This document shows, in pieces, positions 16,647 to 24,429 of a stretch of DNA of 32,000 nucleotides. Below the pieces are notes generated by a model. The model worked only from the letters and a program-made list of their open reading frames with translations. It did no database searches and had not been told where the DNA came from. Numbering within the stretch: position 1 is the stretch's first letter; each line of letters starts with the position of its first letter. Source of the DNA: Micromonas pusilla. Its lineage: Eukaryota. Location of the stretch: assembly GCA_000151265.1 (NCBI GenBank), contig GG663738.1:401264-433263 (forward strand), given 5' to 3'. A program made the translations under genes and the position numbers.

Positions 16647-17951
16647 TCACTTCGCGCCCGCGGCCTCTAACAACTTGATCACCGCCTCGAAGTCCCTAAA
16701 CCCTGGTGCGGCATTGTATTTCTTCGCGGCGTACAGCGGCGTCGCGCCGTCATTCATCGCCTTGTTCACGTCCGCGCCCGCGTCCACCAGCGCCTCGACC
16801 ACCGCCTCGTGGCCGTTGCGAGCGGCGATGTACAGCGGCGTCTCGCCTTTAACATCCGCCTTGTTCACGTCCGCGCGCGCGGCCACCAGCGCCTCGACCA
16901 CCGCCACGTAGCCGTTGTAAGCGGCGATGTACATTGGCGTCTTGTTCCACGTCACCCCCTTGTTCACGTCCGCGCGCGCGGCCACCAGCGCCTCGACTGC
17001 TGCCACGTGGCCGTTGTAAGCGGCGATGTACAGCGGCGTCCAGTCGCTATCATTCGCATGGTTCACGTCCGCGCGCGCGGCCACCAGCGCCTCGACCACC
17101 GCCCCGTGGCCTTTTTGAGCGGCCGTATACAGCGGCGTGTCGCCGTTATCCTTCGCCTTGTTCACGTCCGCGCCCGCGGCCACCAGCACCTCGACTGCTG
17201 CCACGTGGCCGTTCAAAGCGGCGGCATACACCGGCGTCTCGCCGTCATTCCTCGCATGGTTCACGTCCGCGCGCGCGGCCACCAGCGCCTCGACCACCGC
17301 CACGTGGCCTTCTAAGGCGGCGAAGTATAGCGGCGTCACGCCGTACTTATCCGCCTTGTTCACGTCCGCGCCCGCGGCCACCATCGCCTCGACTACTGCC
17401 ACGTGGCCTTCTCGAGCGGCGATGGACAGCGCTTTCGCGGTCCACGGAGCGCCGTTCGTTCGCAACCACCGCAGCATCTCCAGGTGGCCGCCAAACGCGG
17501 CGGAGTTGCAAACCACTTTCACGTCCCACGGGCATCCTCGCTCTTTCGCCCATTTCGCGACCTCCACGTTCCCACCCTTCGCGATGACCTTGAACGTCTT
17601 CGCGTTCCACGGACACCCTCGCTCCTTCGCCCACGCCAACCTGCCGATTGACCCGACGAAGTTCCGCACCCTCCCGAGCTCCTTCCTCACCGCCGCGAGG
17701 TCCTTCACCTCGCCGAAGGACGACGTGAAGACGACGTCGCGCATGTTCTGGCTCACCAGCGCGAGCATCGCGCGGTCGCCGTCGTCGAGCCGCGAGAGCA
17801 GGTGCGCGTCCAAGACGTCGCGCGCGTCCGCGGCGAGTCGTTCCAGAAGCGGGGCGTCGTTGACGAGATCTGCGGAAGACGATCCGTCTCCCGCGGTCTC
17901 GTCGACGGCGCCTCCGAGACGCGCGCGCTTCTTCGGATGCGAAGGCGACAT
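16647..17951 (-). CDS. Ankyrin-repeat protein (about 10 ANK repeats) with an F-box-like N-terminal motif
   Basis: Repeats are of the form ADVNKA.D.G.TPLY.AA..GH.AVVEALVAA. The N-terminus VLDAHLLSRLDDGDRAMLALVSQNMRDVV shares the pattern h..HL.D..DR..LA.VS...RD with the two F-box-like Sel1 proteins. ATG at 17949-17951 and TGA at 16647-16649. Confidence 0.85.
   Translation of the reverse strand: MSPSHPKKRARLGGAVDETAGDGSSSADLVNDAPLLERLAADARDVLDAHLLSRLDDGDRAMLALVSQNMRDVVFTSSFGEVKDLAAVRKELGRVRNFVGSIGRLAWAKERGCPWNAKTFKVIAKGGNVEVAKWAKERGCPWDVKVVCNSAAFGGHLEMLRWLRTNGAPWTAKALSIAAREGHVAVVEAMVAAGADVNKADKYGVTPLYFAALEGHVAVVEALVAARADVNHARNDGETPVYAAALNGHVAAVEVLVAAGADVNKAKDNGDTPLYTAAQKGHGAVVEALVAARADVNHANDSDWTPLYIAAYNGHVAAVEALVAARADVNKGVTWNKTPMYIAAYNGYVAVVEALVAARADVNKADVKGETPLYIAARNGHEAVVEALVDAGADVNKAMNDGATPLYAAKKYNAAPGFRDFEAVIKLLEAAGAK
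16765..17400 (-). repeat. Homogenised 99-bp (33-aa) coding tandem repeats for the ANK units
   Basis: The block gttcacgtccgcgc.cgcggccaccagcgcctcgac recurs at about 16765, 16864, 16963, 17061, 17161, 17260 and 17359. Confidence 0.85.
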
Positions 17952-18100
17952 CGCGTCGCGGGGTCAGAGAGAACTACGCGACGAAGCCGCGGAGGAGGAG
18001 GAGGAGGAGGTGGCGTCGTCCCGCGCGTGTGGCGAGTGACGGGACTTCCGAGGAATCGCGGCGTTTTTTTGTTTTGGTTTTTTTTCGACCAGACCGCTCT

Positions 18101-20221
18101 CTACATCGTCAAAGTCGTCATCCGCTCGCGTTGCGCCGCAAACGACGCCTCCATCGCGTGCAGCTTCATCACCGCCGGGCTCGTCGCGCGCTCGATCGGG
18201 CTCAGGTCCCTCTCAGGATTCAGTCCTCCCTCGCCCGTCGCCGGTGAAGCAAACGCGCGCACGCCCGACCCCGCTCCCCCAACCCCCCCCCCCGCCGCCG
18301 CCGCCGCCGCCGCTTCGGTCAACGCGCGCGTCACGTCCTTCACCGCGACGCGCGCGCGCGCCTCGAGCTTCCCGCCCTCGAACAAGTCCCTCCCCCCGTC
18401 GCCGCCGTCGCCGTCGTCCTTAAATCGCTCGCGCGCGACGGAGCACAGGTAGTCCAACACTGCCATATGGTCTTCCGACGCGTCGTCGTCGTTTTTCGGA
18501 GCAGCCCGGGGGCTCTCTTGTGACGACGCCAACACCCGTCCCCCATGAGAAGACCTCACAACCTCCTCCAGCGCCGCGGTCGTCGCGGCTAACGTCGCGG
18601 TGCGAACATCGAGCTTCTCCGACACCGCCGCCGCGCGAGCGCTCGCCGCGGACGCGACGCGGAGCTCCTCCGCGATGTCGTCGCGTTCGCGCCTGGCGTC
18701 GTCGGCGATCGCGACCCAGTCCTCGATCGCGGTGCCCTTCGAAACCTTCGCGACCGCGGCGGCGACCTCGGCGTCGTGCGTCGCGCGAAGGGCGTCCATC
18801 TCCCCGTTCTTCTGCGCCTTTGCGTGCGCGGTGACGCGCGCGATCGCCGCCTTCGCCGCCTTCTCCGCGGCGGCGGCGCGCTCAGCCGCGAGACGCAACG
18901 CGCGTTTCAGCGTGGCAATCTCCTCATCCTTGTTCTCTTCGCCCACTCCACCGCCAGCACCGTTATTCATCAGCTTCAACCGCGCGATCTCCGCGTTCGC
19001 GAGCTCCAACTCTGACGACTCGCCCGCGCCGTTTTCGTTCAAAGTCTCCAGGACGCGTTGCTGCGTCGACACCGTCGCCTCGAGCTTCGACGCGAGGTCC
19101 GTCGCCGCGGTCGCGACGGCTTCGAACTGCTCGCACCTGCGCTCCATCTCGTTCGTCTTATCCTCCGCGGCCGCGCGCTCGGCTTCCGCGAGCTGGAGCT
19201 TGAGCTGGAGCACGTGCAGCATCTGGACGGCGTCCTCGGAGAGGTCGTCGCCGCCGCCGCCGCCGCTGCCGCCGCCGCCGCCGCCCTGGGAGGTTGCCGT
19301 CTCTCGCGCTCTCGCCCTCGACTCCGCGAGCTGCGCTTCCACCGCCTTCAGCGCTTCCTCCCGCGCTTTCAGCGTGATCTGCATCGCCTCCAGGGCCTCC
19401 CCGCGCTCGCGCCCGGCCTCGCGCAGCGCCTCGCTCCGCTGCTCGACCGCGTCTTGCAGCTGGGACAACGCGGACTCGCGTTCCGTCGCCGCGCGTTCCC
19501 TCGCCTCCAAGGACGCGTGCAGCTCGTCCGCAGCCTTCAGGCGGTCGTCCGCGACGCGCGCGCGCTCGTCGCTCTGAACCTGCGCGCTCGCAACCTCCGC
19601 GGCGCGGCGTTCCAAGTTCGCGGTGACGGTCTCGATCGCGTCGCGCGCGGCGGCGCCCCGCGCCGCCTCCGCGCGCTCCGCCTCCGCGAGCTTCGCGTCG
19701 AGCTGCGCCTCGACCGCGGCCGCACGCTTCTCGCGCTCCGCGACGACGTCCTCGCGCTCGCGCAGCGCGGCGGACGTCTCCCTGCGCTCCCTCGCCGCGA
19801 TCTCGTCCTCGCGGCGACTCAGCGCGTCCTCCCGGCGGTTCAGCTCCGCGGCGACCGCGGCGTTCATGGCTTTCGATTTCGCCGCGGTGTTGCACGCGAC
19901 GGTCGTCTCCGCGGCGACCCTCGACGTGCTCTCGCTCGCGGCCTCGCGCGCGCTCGCCAAGGCCGCGCGCTCGAGCGCGAGCGCGGCCTCGCGCTCCGCG
20001 AGCGCGGCCTCGCGCGCGCTGAGCTCCGCGTCGCGCCTGGCCGCGCGGCTCGCCGCGGCGTCGAGATCGCGGCCCGGGGTGACGATGACGCGGGGCGATC
20101 TCGACGCATCATCAGAAGGCGTCGGCGTCGGCGTCGGCGACGGCTCGGACGCGGAGGAGCGGTCCGCGGAGGGCGACCGCGTCGGCGTGAAGCTCGCCAC
20201 CGTCGCGTCGAGGTCGGTCAT
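18101..20221 (-). CDS. Ala/Glu/Arg-rich coiled-coil protein (706 aa), function unknown
   Basis: The ORF is long and heptad-like (e.g. AREAALAEREAALALERAALASAREAA, LKLQLAEAERAAAEDKTNEMERRCEQFEAVA). I chose the ATG at 20219-20221 (MTDLDATVASF...), because the ORF-track start at 20437 would run into the stop codon of the upstream Sel1 gene. TAG at 18101-18103. The C-terminus contains module copy 2 (GGLNPERDLSPIERATSP). Confidence 0.6.
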   Translation of the reverse strand: MTDLDATVASFTPTRSPSADRSSASEPSPTPTPTPSDDASRSPRVIVTPGRDLDAAASRAARRDAELSAREAALAEREAALALERAALASAREAASESTSRVAAETTVACNTAAKSKAMNAAVAAELNRREDALSRREDEIAARERRETSAALREREDVVAEREKRAAAVEAQLDAKLAEAERAEAARGAAARDAIETVTANLERRAAEVASAQVQSDERARVADDRLKAADELHASLEARERAATERESALSQLQDAVEQRSEALREAGRERGEALEAMQITLKAREEALKAVEAQLAESRARARETATSQGGGGGGSGGGGGDDLSEDAVQMLHVLQLKLQLAEAERAAAEDKTNEMERRCEQFEAVATAATDLASKLEATVSTQQRVLETLNENGAGESSELELANAEIARLKLMNNGAGGGVGEENKDEEIATLKRALRLAAERAAAAEKAAKAAIARVTAHAKAQKNGEMDALRATHDAEVAAAVAKVSKGTAIEDWVAIADDARRERDDIAEELRVASAASARAAAVSEKLDVRTATLAATTAALEEVVRSSHGGRVLASSQESPRAAPKNDDDASEDHMAVLDYLCSVARERFKDDGDGGDGGRDLFEGGKLEARARVAVKDVTRALTEAAAAAAAGGGVGGAGSGVRAFASPATGEGGLNPERDLSPIERATSPAVMKLHAMEASFAAQRERMTTLTM
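18175..18233 (-). repeat. Shared ~60-65 nt module, copy 2, inside the C-terminal coding region of the coiled-coil gene
   Basis: See copy 1. Relative to copy 1 it differs by two 3-nt indels, which preserve the reading frame. Confidence 0.8.
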
Positions 20222-20380
20222 GTTCGTCCTCGCGTGCTGCGCTGCGCGTGTCGCGGGCGGGCGCGGCGCCGCGTTGTGGGCGACCTCCGCTGGCAGCTCG
20301 CGGAATTTTCCTTCCTTCGCCAAAAAAACAGAAAAAATCAAAACGCCGCCGCCGCGCGCGCGCGAAGAGGGAGGGAAGAC

Positions 20381-20407
20381 GTTCGTTCGTGCGTTCGTTC
20401 GTTCGTT
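20381..20407. repeat. (GTTC)n microsatellite in an intergenic region
   Basis: Direct reading: gttcgttcgtgcgttcgttcgttcgtt. Confidence 0.85.
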
Positions 20408-20433
20408 ACAGACGCGTTCTAATTCGTGCTCGT

Positions 20434-22161
20434 TCACGCTCCCTGGAGCTCCGACTCGAGACGCTCCACGTCGTCTCGCGCGTCGGAATCACCGAAGTCC
20501 ACAGCCGCGCGGTACCACTTCAGCGCCTCCGTTTTGTTCACCGCCACGCCGGGCTTGCCGTGTTCGTAGATTTGCCCGAGATTCCACTGGACGCGTTGAC
20601 TTTCAGAGCCCAAATCGGCGGGATCATCCCATAAGATGTCCTCGTCGAGTTCCAGCGCCTGGATGTACAGTTCGACCGCCTTTGGGGCATTTTTCTCCAC
20701 GCCTATGCCATAGTTGTAGCAATACGCGAGCCAGCATAGACCCATAGCAGAATCCGCTAATGCCGGATCCGCCCCTCGTTCGATCCACTTGAACGCCTCC
20801 GTGAGCATCTTACTACCGCCGCCGCCGCCGCGTACTACATTAAGGTATGCAATCCCGAACTTGAGCATAGCGGCGGAGCAGCCTTCCTCAGCCGACTTAA
20901 GGAAGTAGTGTTCCGCTTTCTCGTACTCCTTCTTTCCTTCAAACGTTTGACCGAGAATGTAGGACGCGATGGCATGGCCGAACTCGGATGCTCTTTCCAA
21001 CCACTCAATCATCTTCGTCTGGTCTTGATCCACGCCCTCCCCGCGTGCGTAAAGATACCCGAGATGGCACATAGCTTCCGAAGCTTCCGAATCTCTTTCA
21101 CTTTCAGCCAGCACACGGTAACGGGCGACCGCTCTTTCGTACCACTCGTTCGCCTTCGTCTCGTCTTCCTCCACGCCGTGCCCGTCATCGTAGCACTTCC
21201 CAAGCGAGTACATAGCGTCGGCGTTTTCAAGATCAGCCGCCTTACGCATCCAGTATAACGCCTTCACGAGATCCATATCAGTCTCTGTGTCGATCAGCTC
21301 ATGATGATCGAGCCGTCTCCGCCTCCGATACGCGCCCACAAAGTCAAAACTGAGCTTGAACACCGCCGCGGCAGACCCGCCGGGCAACGACGCGTCCGAC
21401 TTCTCCGCGTCCCGAAACACCCTGCTCACGGCGGCGAGCGCGACGCGGTCCTTCGGGTCCTGTAAATGCGCGAAGATCGCGCACGCGATGGTGCCGTCGG
21501 CCTGGAGGGCGGGGCGCGAAGCGTCGAGGGAGCCGGACGTCGCCGTGAGCGGTCGGTCCTTGTAATACCCCAACCCTCGCGGCCCTCTCTTGAACGCGTA
21601 CCCTCGCTTCGCGCCCGCGAACTTTTTCGACGGCGCGAACTCCGCCTCCTCGCGCGGGATCCAAACCACGGCGTCGAATAACCCGAGCACGAAGTCGTCG
21701 ACGTGTTCGATGACGTTCCCGCCCTCGTCCCCCAGCTCGTCCACGTAGTACCCCACGCCGTCGGGCCCTTGCTTGAAGACGTACCCAGGCCTGGCGCCAG
21801 CGAACGTCTCGGAGGGGACGAACGCCCCCGACGCCGCCGCGGGCGCGGGCGCGGGCGCCGCGGCGTTGGTCTTCTTCGCCGCGTCCTCGCGCTCCTGGAG
21901 CTCGCGCGCGCGCTTCTCCTCGCTCGATGTATGCGGCGGAGGCGGCGCGGGCTCGGGCTCGGCCTCGGGCTCGGACTCGGGCGTCGTCTTCGTGGCTTCT
22001 GGCTCGGTGGCGAGCTTCGCTCGCTTCGCCGTCGTGGCTTCGAGCTCCGCCGTCGTCGTCCCCGCGTCTCGCGCGACGACCGCCTCGCGCGTCGTCTCCT
22101 CGCGGAGCTCGCGGGGGGCGTTCGGGATCTCCGTGATCTCCGTGGTCTCGTCGAAGGACAT
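20434..22161 (-). CDS. Sel1-like repeat protein with an acidic N-terminus, twin GY..FK.G..G.GYY.D motifs and an F-box-like motif
   Basis: I chose the ATG at 22159-22161 (MSFDETTEITEI...). The F-box-like segment IACAIFAHLQDPKDRVALAAVSRVFRDAEKSDASLPGG is paralogous to 7953-8696. Several Sel1 repeats follow (AMYSLGKCYDDGHGVEEDETKANEWYERA, CHLGYLYARGEGVDQDQTKMIEWLERA and others). TGA at 20434-20436. Confidence 0.75.
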   Translation of the reverse strand: MSFDETTEITEIPNAPRELREETTREAVVARDAGTTTAELEATTAKRAKLATEPEATKTTPESEPEAEPEPAPPPPHTSSEEKRARELQEREDAAKKTNAAAPAPAPAAASGAFVPSETFAGARPGYVFKQGPDGVGYYVDELGDEGGNVIEHVDDFVLGLFDAVVWIPREEAEFAPSKKFAGAKRGYAFKRGPRGLGYYKDRPLTATSGSLDASRPALQADGTIACAIFAHLQDPKDRVALAAVSRVFRDAEKSDASLPGGSAAAVFKLSFDFVGAYRRRRRLDHHELIDTETDMDLVKALYWMRKAADLENADAMYSLGKCYDDGHGVEEDETKANEWYERAVARYRVLAESERDSEASEAMCHLGYLYARGEGVDQDQTKMIEWLERASEFGHAIASYILGQTFEGKKEYEKAEHYFLKSAEEGCSAAMLKFGIAYLNVVRGGGGGSKMLTEAFKWIERGADPALADSAMGLCWLAYCYNYGIGVEKNAPKAVELYIQALELDEDILWDDPADLGSESQRVQWNLGQIYEHGKPGVAVNKTEALKWYRAAVDFGDSDARDDVERLESELQGA

Positions 22162-22383
22162 GCTCGGATCTGGCGTGCGGCGGCGGGGACGGGCGCGAGG
22201 CGAAGTGAGGGGACGTCGCGCCAGTCGTCCCGAGTTTCGCAGGTCGGGTCTTGTCACGCAGACAAGACTTTTCCAGGGAAACACCGCGCCCTGGCTCCTC
22301 ACTCCGCGGACGCGCCCCCGGAGCTCCCCGGCACCGAGGACCCGCGCCGCCTCGCTTCCCTCGCCCTCGCGACCGCGCGGAGG

Positions 22384-22608
22384 ATGTCGAGCGCGCGGCC
22401 GAGGTTCTCCCTCGAGCTCTTCAAGTTTGCGACGTACCTCTCCATTCCGATCGCGATGACCGTCGCGTTCGCGGCGAACCCGGAGAATCTCGAGACCATC
22501 ATCAAGCGCCACGCGTACGTCGTGTACCCCCCGGAAGGGCCGAAGCCGCCGACGAACGCGGAGATGAAGAAGATCGTGGAGGCGAACAGGAAGAAGCGCA
22601 AGGTCTGA
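22384..22608 (+). CDS. PET100: PET100-like cytochrome c oxidase assembly factor (74 aa)
   Basis: MSSARPRFSLELFKFATYLSIPIAMTVAFAANPENLETIIKRHAYVVYPPEGPKP...KKRKV parallels human PET100 as I recall it (MGVKLEIFRMIIYLTLPVAMFWVSNQAEWFEDDVIQRKRELWPPE...). It is embedded in a longer ORF-track frame whose upstream part is Arg-rich junk. Confidence 0.65.
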   Translation: MSSARPRFSLELFKFATYLSIPIAMTVAFAANPENLETIIKRHAYVVYPPEGPKPPTNAEMKKIVEANRKKRKV

Positions 22609-22695
22609 GACGACGACGCGGAGCTAGGTAGACCACGCGAGACGCGGATAGATATTTGATTTAGGTTAGGAAGGGGGGAAGAGCAACAGAACGCG

Positions 22696-24267
22696 ATGAC
22701 GACGACGACGATCTGCACGGCGCGAGCGACGACGCCGTCGCTCGCGCCGATGCGCGCGACGAGAAACGCGACGACGAGCGTCGCGCGCCGCGGCGTCGTC
22801 GCCGTCCGCCGCGCGTCGTCGATCCGCGGCGGGACGACGAAGAAGATCTCGATCTCAGCGTTCGCGCCGCGGCAGCCGCCTTCCTCCGCCCGCGCGGCGG
22901 CGGCTTCAAACTCGAACTCACACTCGAGCTCGACCGCCCCCGACGACGCCGACGACGACGCCGAGCCGTCGCAGTACGTGGGCGAAGGCCCGATGACGGA
23001 GGAGGAAGCCATGGAGCACGACATCCTGGAGAGGATCCGCTCCGGCGAGCTCCAACCGGAGGACTTCGGCCTCACCGAGGAGGACGTCGCGCCGCCGCGG
23101 TCGCCGCTCGCCGGCGGCGGCGGCGCGTTCCTCCGCGTCGTGACCTTCTCCCTCGCGGTGTGGCTCCACGCGACCGCGCCGCTGGGCGGGCGATGGGGCG
23201 TCGTCCAAGGCGGCCCTGGCGACGCGACGACGACGTTCGTAAGCGCCGCGCTCTTGGGCACGCCGCTGCAGTGGTTCGGCGTCGCCTTCGTCGTCGCCGC
23301 CGTCGCGTCGAGCGCGCTGTGTTCGTACCTCTCGAAACAGGAGTCGTACCAGCCCGTGCGCGAGGAAGGACCGCGCGGGCACCTGACCGGCGCGAAGTCC
23401 ACGACGCCCACGCTCGGCGGGCTCGCGTTCGTGCCCGCGGGGTGCGTGACCGCGATGGCGTTTACGACGTTTGCCGATCCGGTGGTGGTCGCGACGTGTC
23501 TGACCACGCTCGGGTTTCTCTCCATCGGCGCGTTCGACGACGTCCAGAAGCTCCTGTCGAAGAACAACGCCCGCGGGTTATCCCCGTACGCGAAGCTCGG
23601 GCTGCAGTCCGCGGTCGCGACGAGCTTCGTGGCGTGGCTCTCGAGCGGCGTCGCGGCGCCGCCTCCGAGCACAGCGGTGGCGTTGGGGCCGTGGATGGGC
23701 GCGTGGAGCGTCGTCGACCTCGGATCGCTGTTCTGGGCGCTCTCCGCGTTCGCGATGGTGTCCGAGAGCAACGCGGTGAATATCACGGACGGGTTGGACG
23801 GGCTCGCCGCGGCGACCGCGGCGATCGCGCTCGTCGGGACGGGGATCGCGCTCGTCGCGTCCGGGCAGAGCGAGCTCGCGGCGTTTTCGATATCCCTCGG
23901 CGGCGCCGCCGCGGGGTTTCTCGTCGTGAATCGTCACCCCGCGGACATGTTCATGGGCGACGCCGGGTCGTTGGCGTTGGGGGGTGCGTTAGGCGCGGTC
24001 GCCGCCGCCGCGGGCGGGGCCGCGACGCTGCCGCTGGTGGTCACCACCGCGGTGTTCATCGCCGAGACGGTGTCGGTGATCGCGCAGGTGTCGTGGTTCA
24101 AGTGGACGAAGAAGAAAACGGGGCAAGGGGAGCGGTTACTGCGTATGGCGCCGCTGCATCACCACTTGGAGCTAGGGGGGTGGGGGGAGCTGAAGGTTGT
24201 CGCGACGTTGACCGCGTGCGCGGGCGCGTGCGCGGTGCTCGGCGTCGGCGTCGCGGGGGTTTTGTAG
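22696..24267 (+). CDS. mraY: Phospho-N-acetylmuramoyl-pentapeptide transferase (MraY, peptidoglycan translocase I) with an N-terminal extension of about 140 aa
   Basis: Hallmark MraY blocks are present: TPTLGG, GAFDDVQKLL, NAVNITDGLDGLAA, NRHPADMFMGDAGSLALGGALG and RMAPLHHHLELGGW. The extension (MTTTTICTARATTPSLAPMRATRNATTSVARRGVVAVRRASS...) is Ser/Thr/Ala/Arg-rich, like a plastid transit peptide. ATG at 22696 and TAG at 24265-24267. Confidence 0.9.
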   Translation: MTTTTICTARATTPSLAPMRATRNATTSVARRGVVAVRRASSIRGGTTKKISISAFAPRQPPSSARAAAASNSNSHSSSTAPDDADDDAEPSQYVGEGPMTEEEAMEHDILERIRSGELQPEDFGLTEEDVAPPRSPLAGGGGAFLRVVTFSLAVWLHATAPLGGRWGVVQGGPGDATTTFVSAALLGTPLQWFGVAFVVAAVASSALCSYLSKQESYQPVREEGPRGHLTGAKSTTPTLGGLAFVPAGCVTAMAFTTFADPVVVATCLTTLGFLSIGAFDDVQKLLSKNNARGLSPYAKLGLQSAVATSFVAWLSSGVAAPPPSTAVALGPWMGAWSVVDLGSLFWALSAFAMVSESNAVNITDGLDGLAAATAAIALVGTGIALVASGQSELAAFSISLGGAAAGFLVVNRHPADMFMGDAGSLALGGALGAVAAAAGGAATLPLVVTTAVFIAETVSVIAQVSWFKWTKKKTGQGERLLRMAPLHHHLELGGWGELKVVATLTACAGACAVLGVGVAGVL

Positions 24268-24344
24268 TCGCCCCGTTTTTCGTATCGTAGTAGGACAAGC
24301 GCGAGAGAGAGAGGAAATAACAGAGCGCATCGCGTCGTTCGCGC

Positions 24345-24393
24345 TTCGTTCGTTCGTTCGTTCGTTCGTTCATTCGTTCGTTCGTTCGTTCGT
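24345..24393. repeat. (GTTC)n microsatellite between the convergent MraY and Sel1-MYND genes
   Basis: Direct reading: ttcgttcgttcgttcgttcgttcgttcattcgttcgttcgttcgttcgt. Confidence 0.9.
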
Positions 24394-24429
24394 CACAATG
24401 GCGCATCGTCGTACTCGTGCTGTCGTAGT

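Noticed and set aside
20222-20437. Upstream ORF extensions offered by the ORF track (also 6912-7190, 29920-30045, 22162-22512 and 1760-1957)
   Set aside because: The extensions are Arg-rich or AT-rich, overlap neighbouring genes or their stop codons, and each has an internal ATG that begins sensible protein sequence. Shorter starts were preferred. Starts for 7953-8804 and 24430-26658 remain ambiguous.
22299-23786. 495-aa ORF antisense to PET100 and MraY
   Set aside because: It has no recognisable motifs and is Ala/Ser/Pro-rich. It overlaps two + strand genes with strong family signatures, so it is a typical GC3-bias shadow ORF.
22696-24267. MraY as bacterial contamination or part of a dcw/mur operon
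   Set aside because: It has the same GC-rich style as its neighbours and is flanked within 90-160 bp by eukaryotic genes (PET100-like, Sel1-MYND). No adjacent mur or fts genes are present, and it carries a eukaryote-style N-terminal targeting extension.
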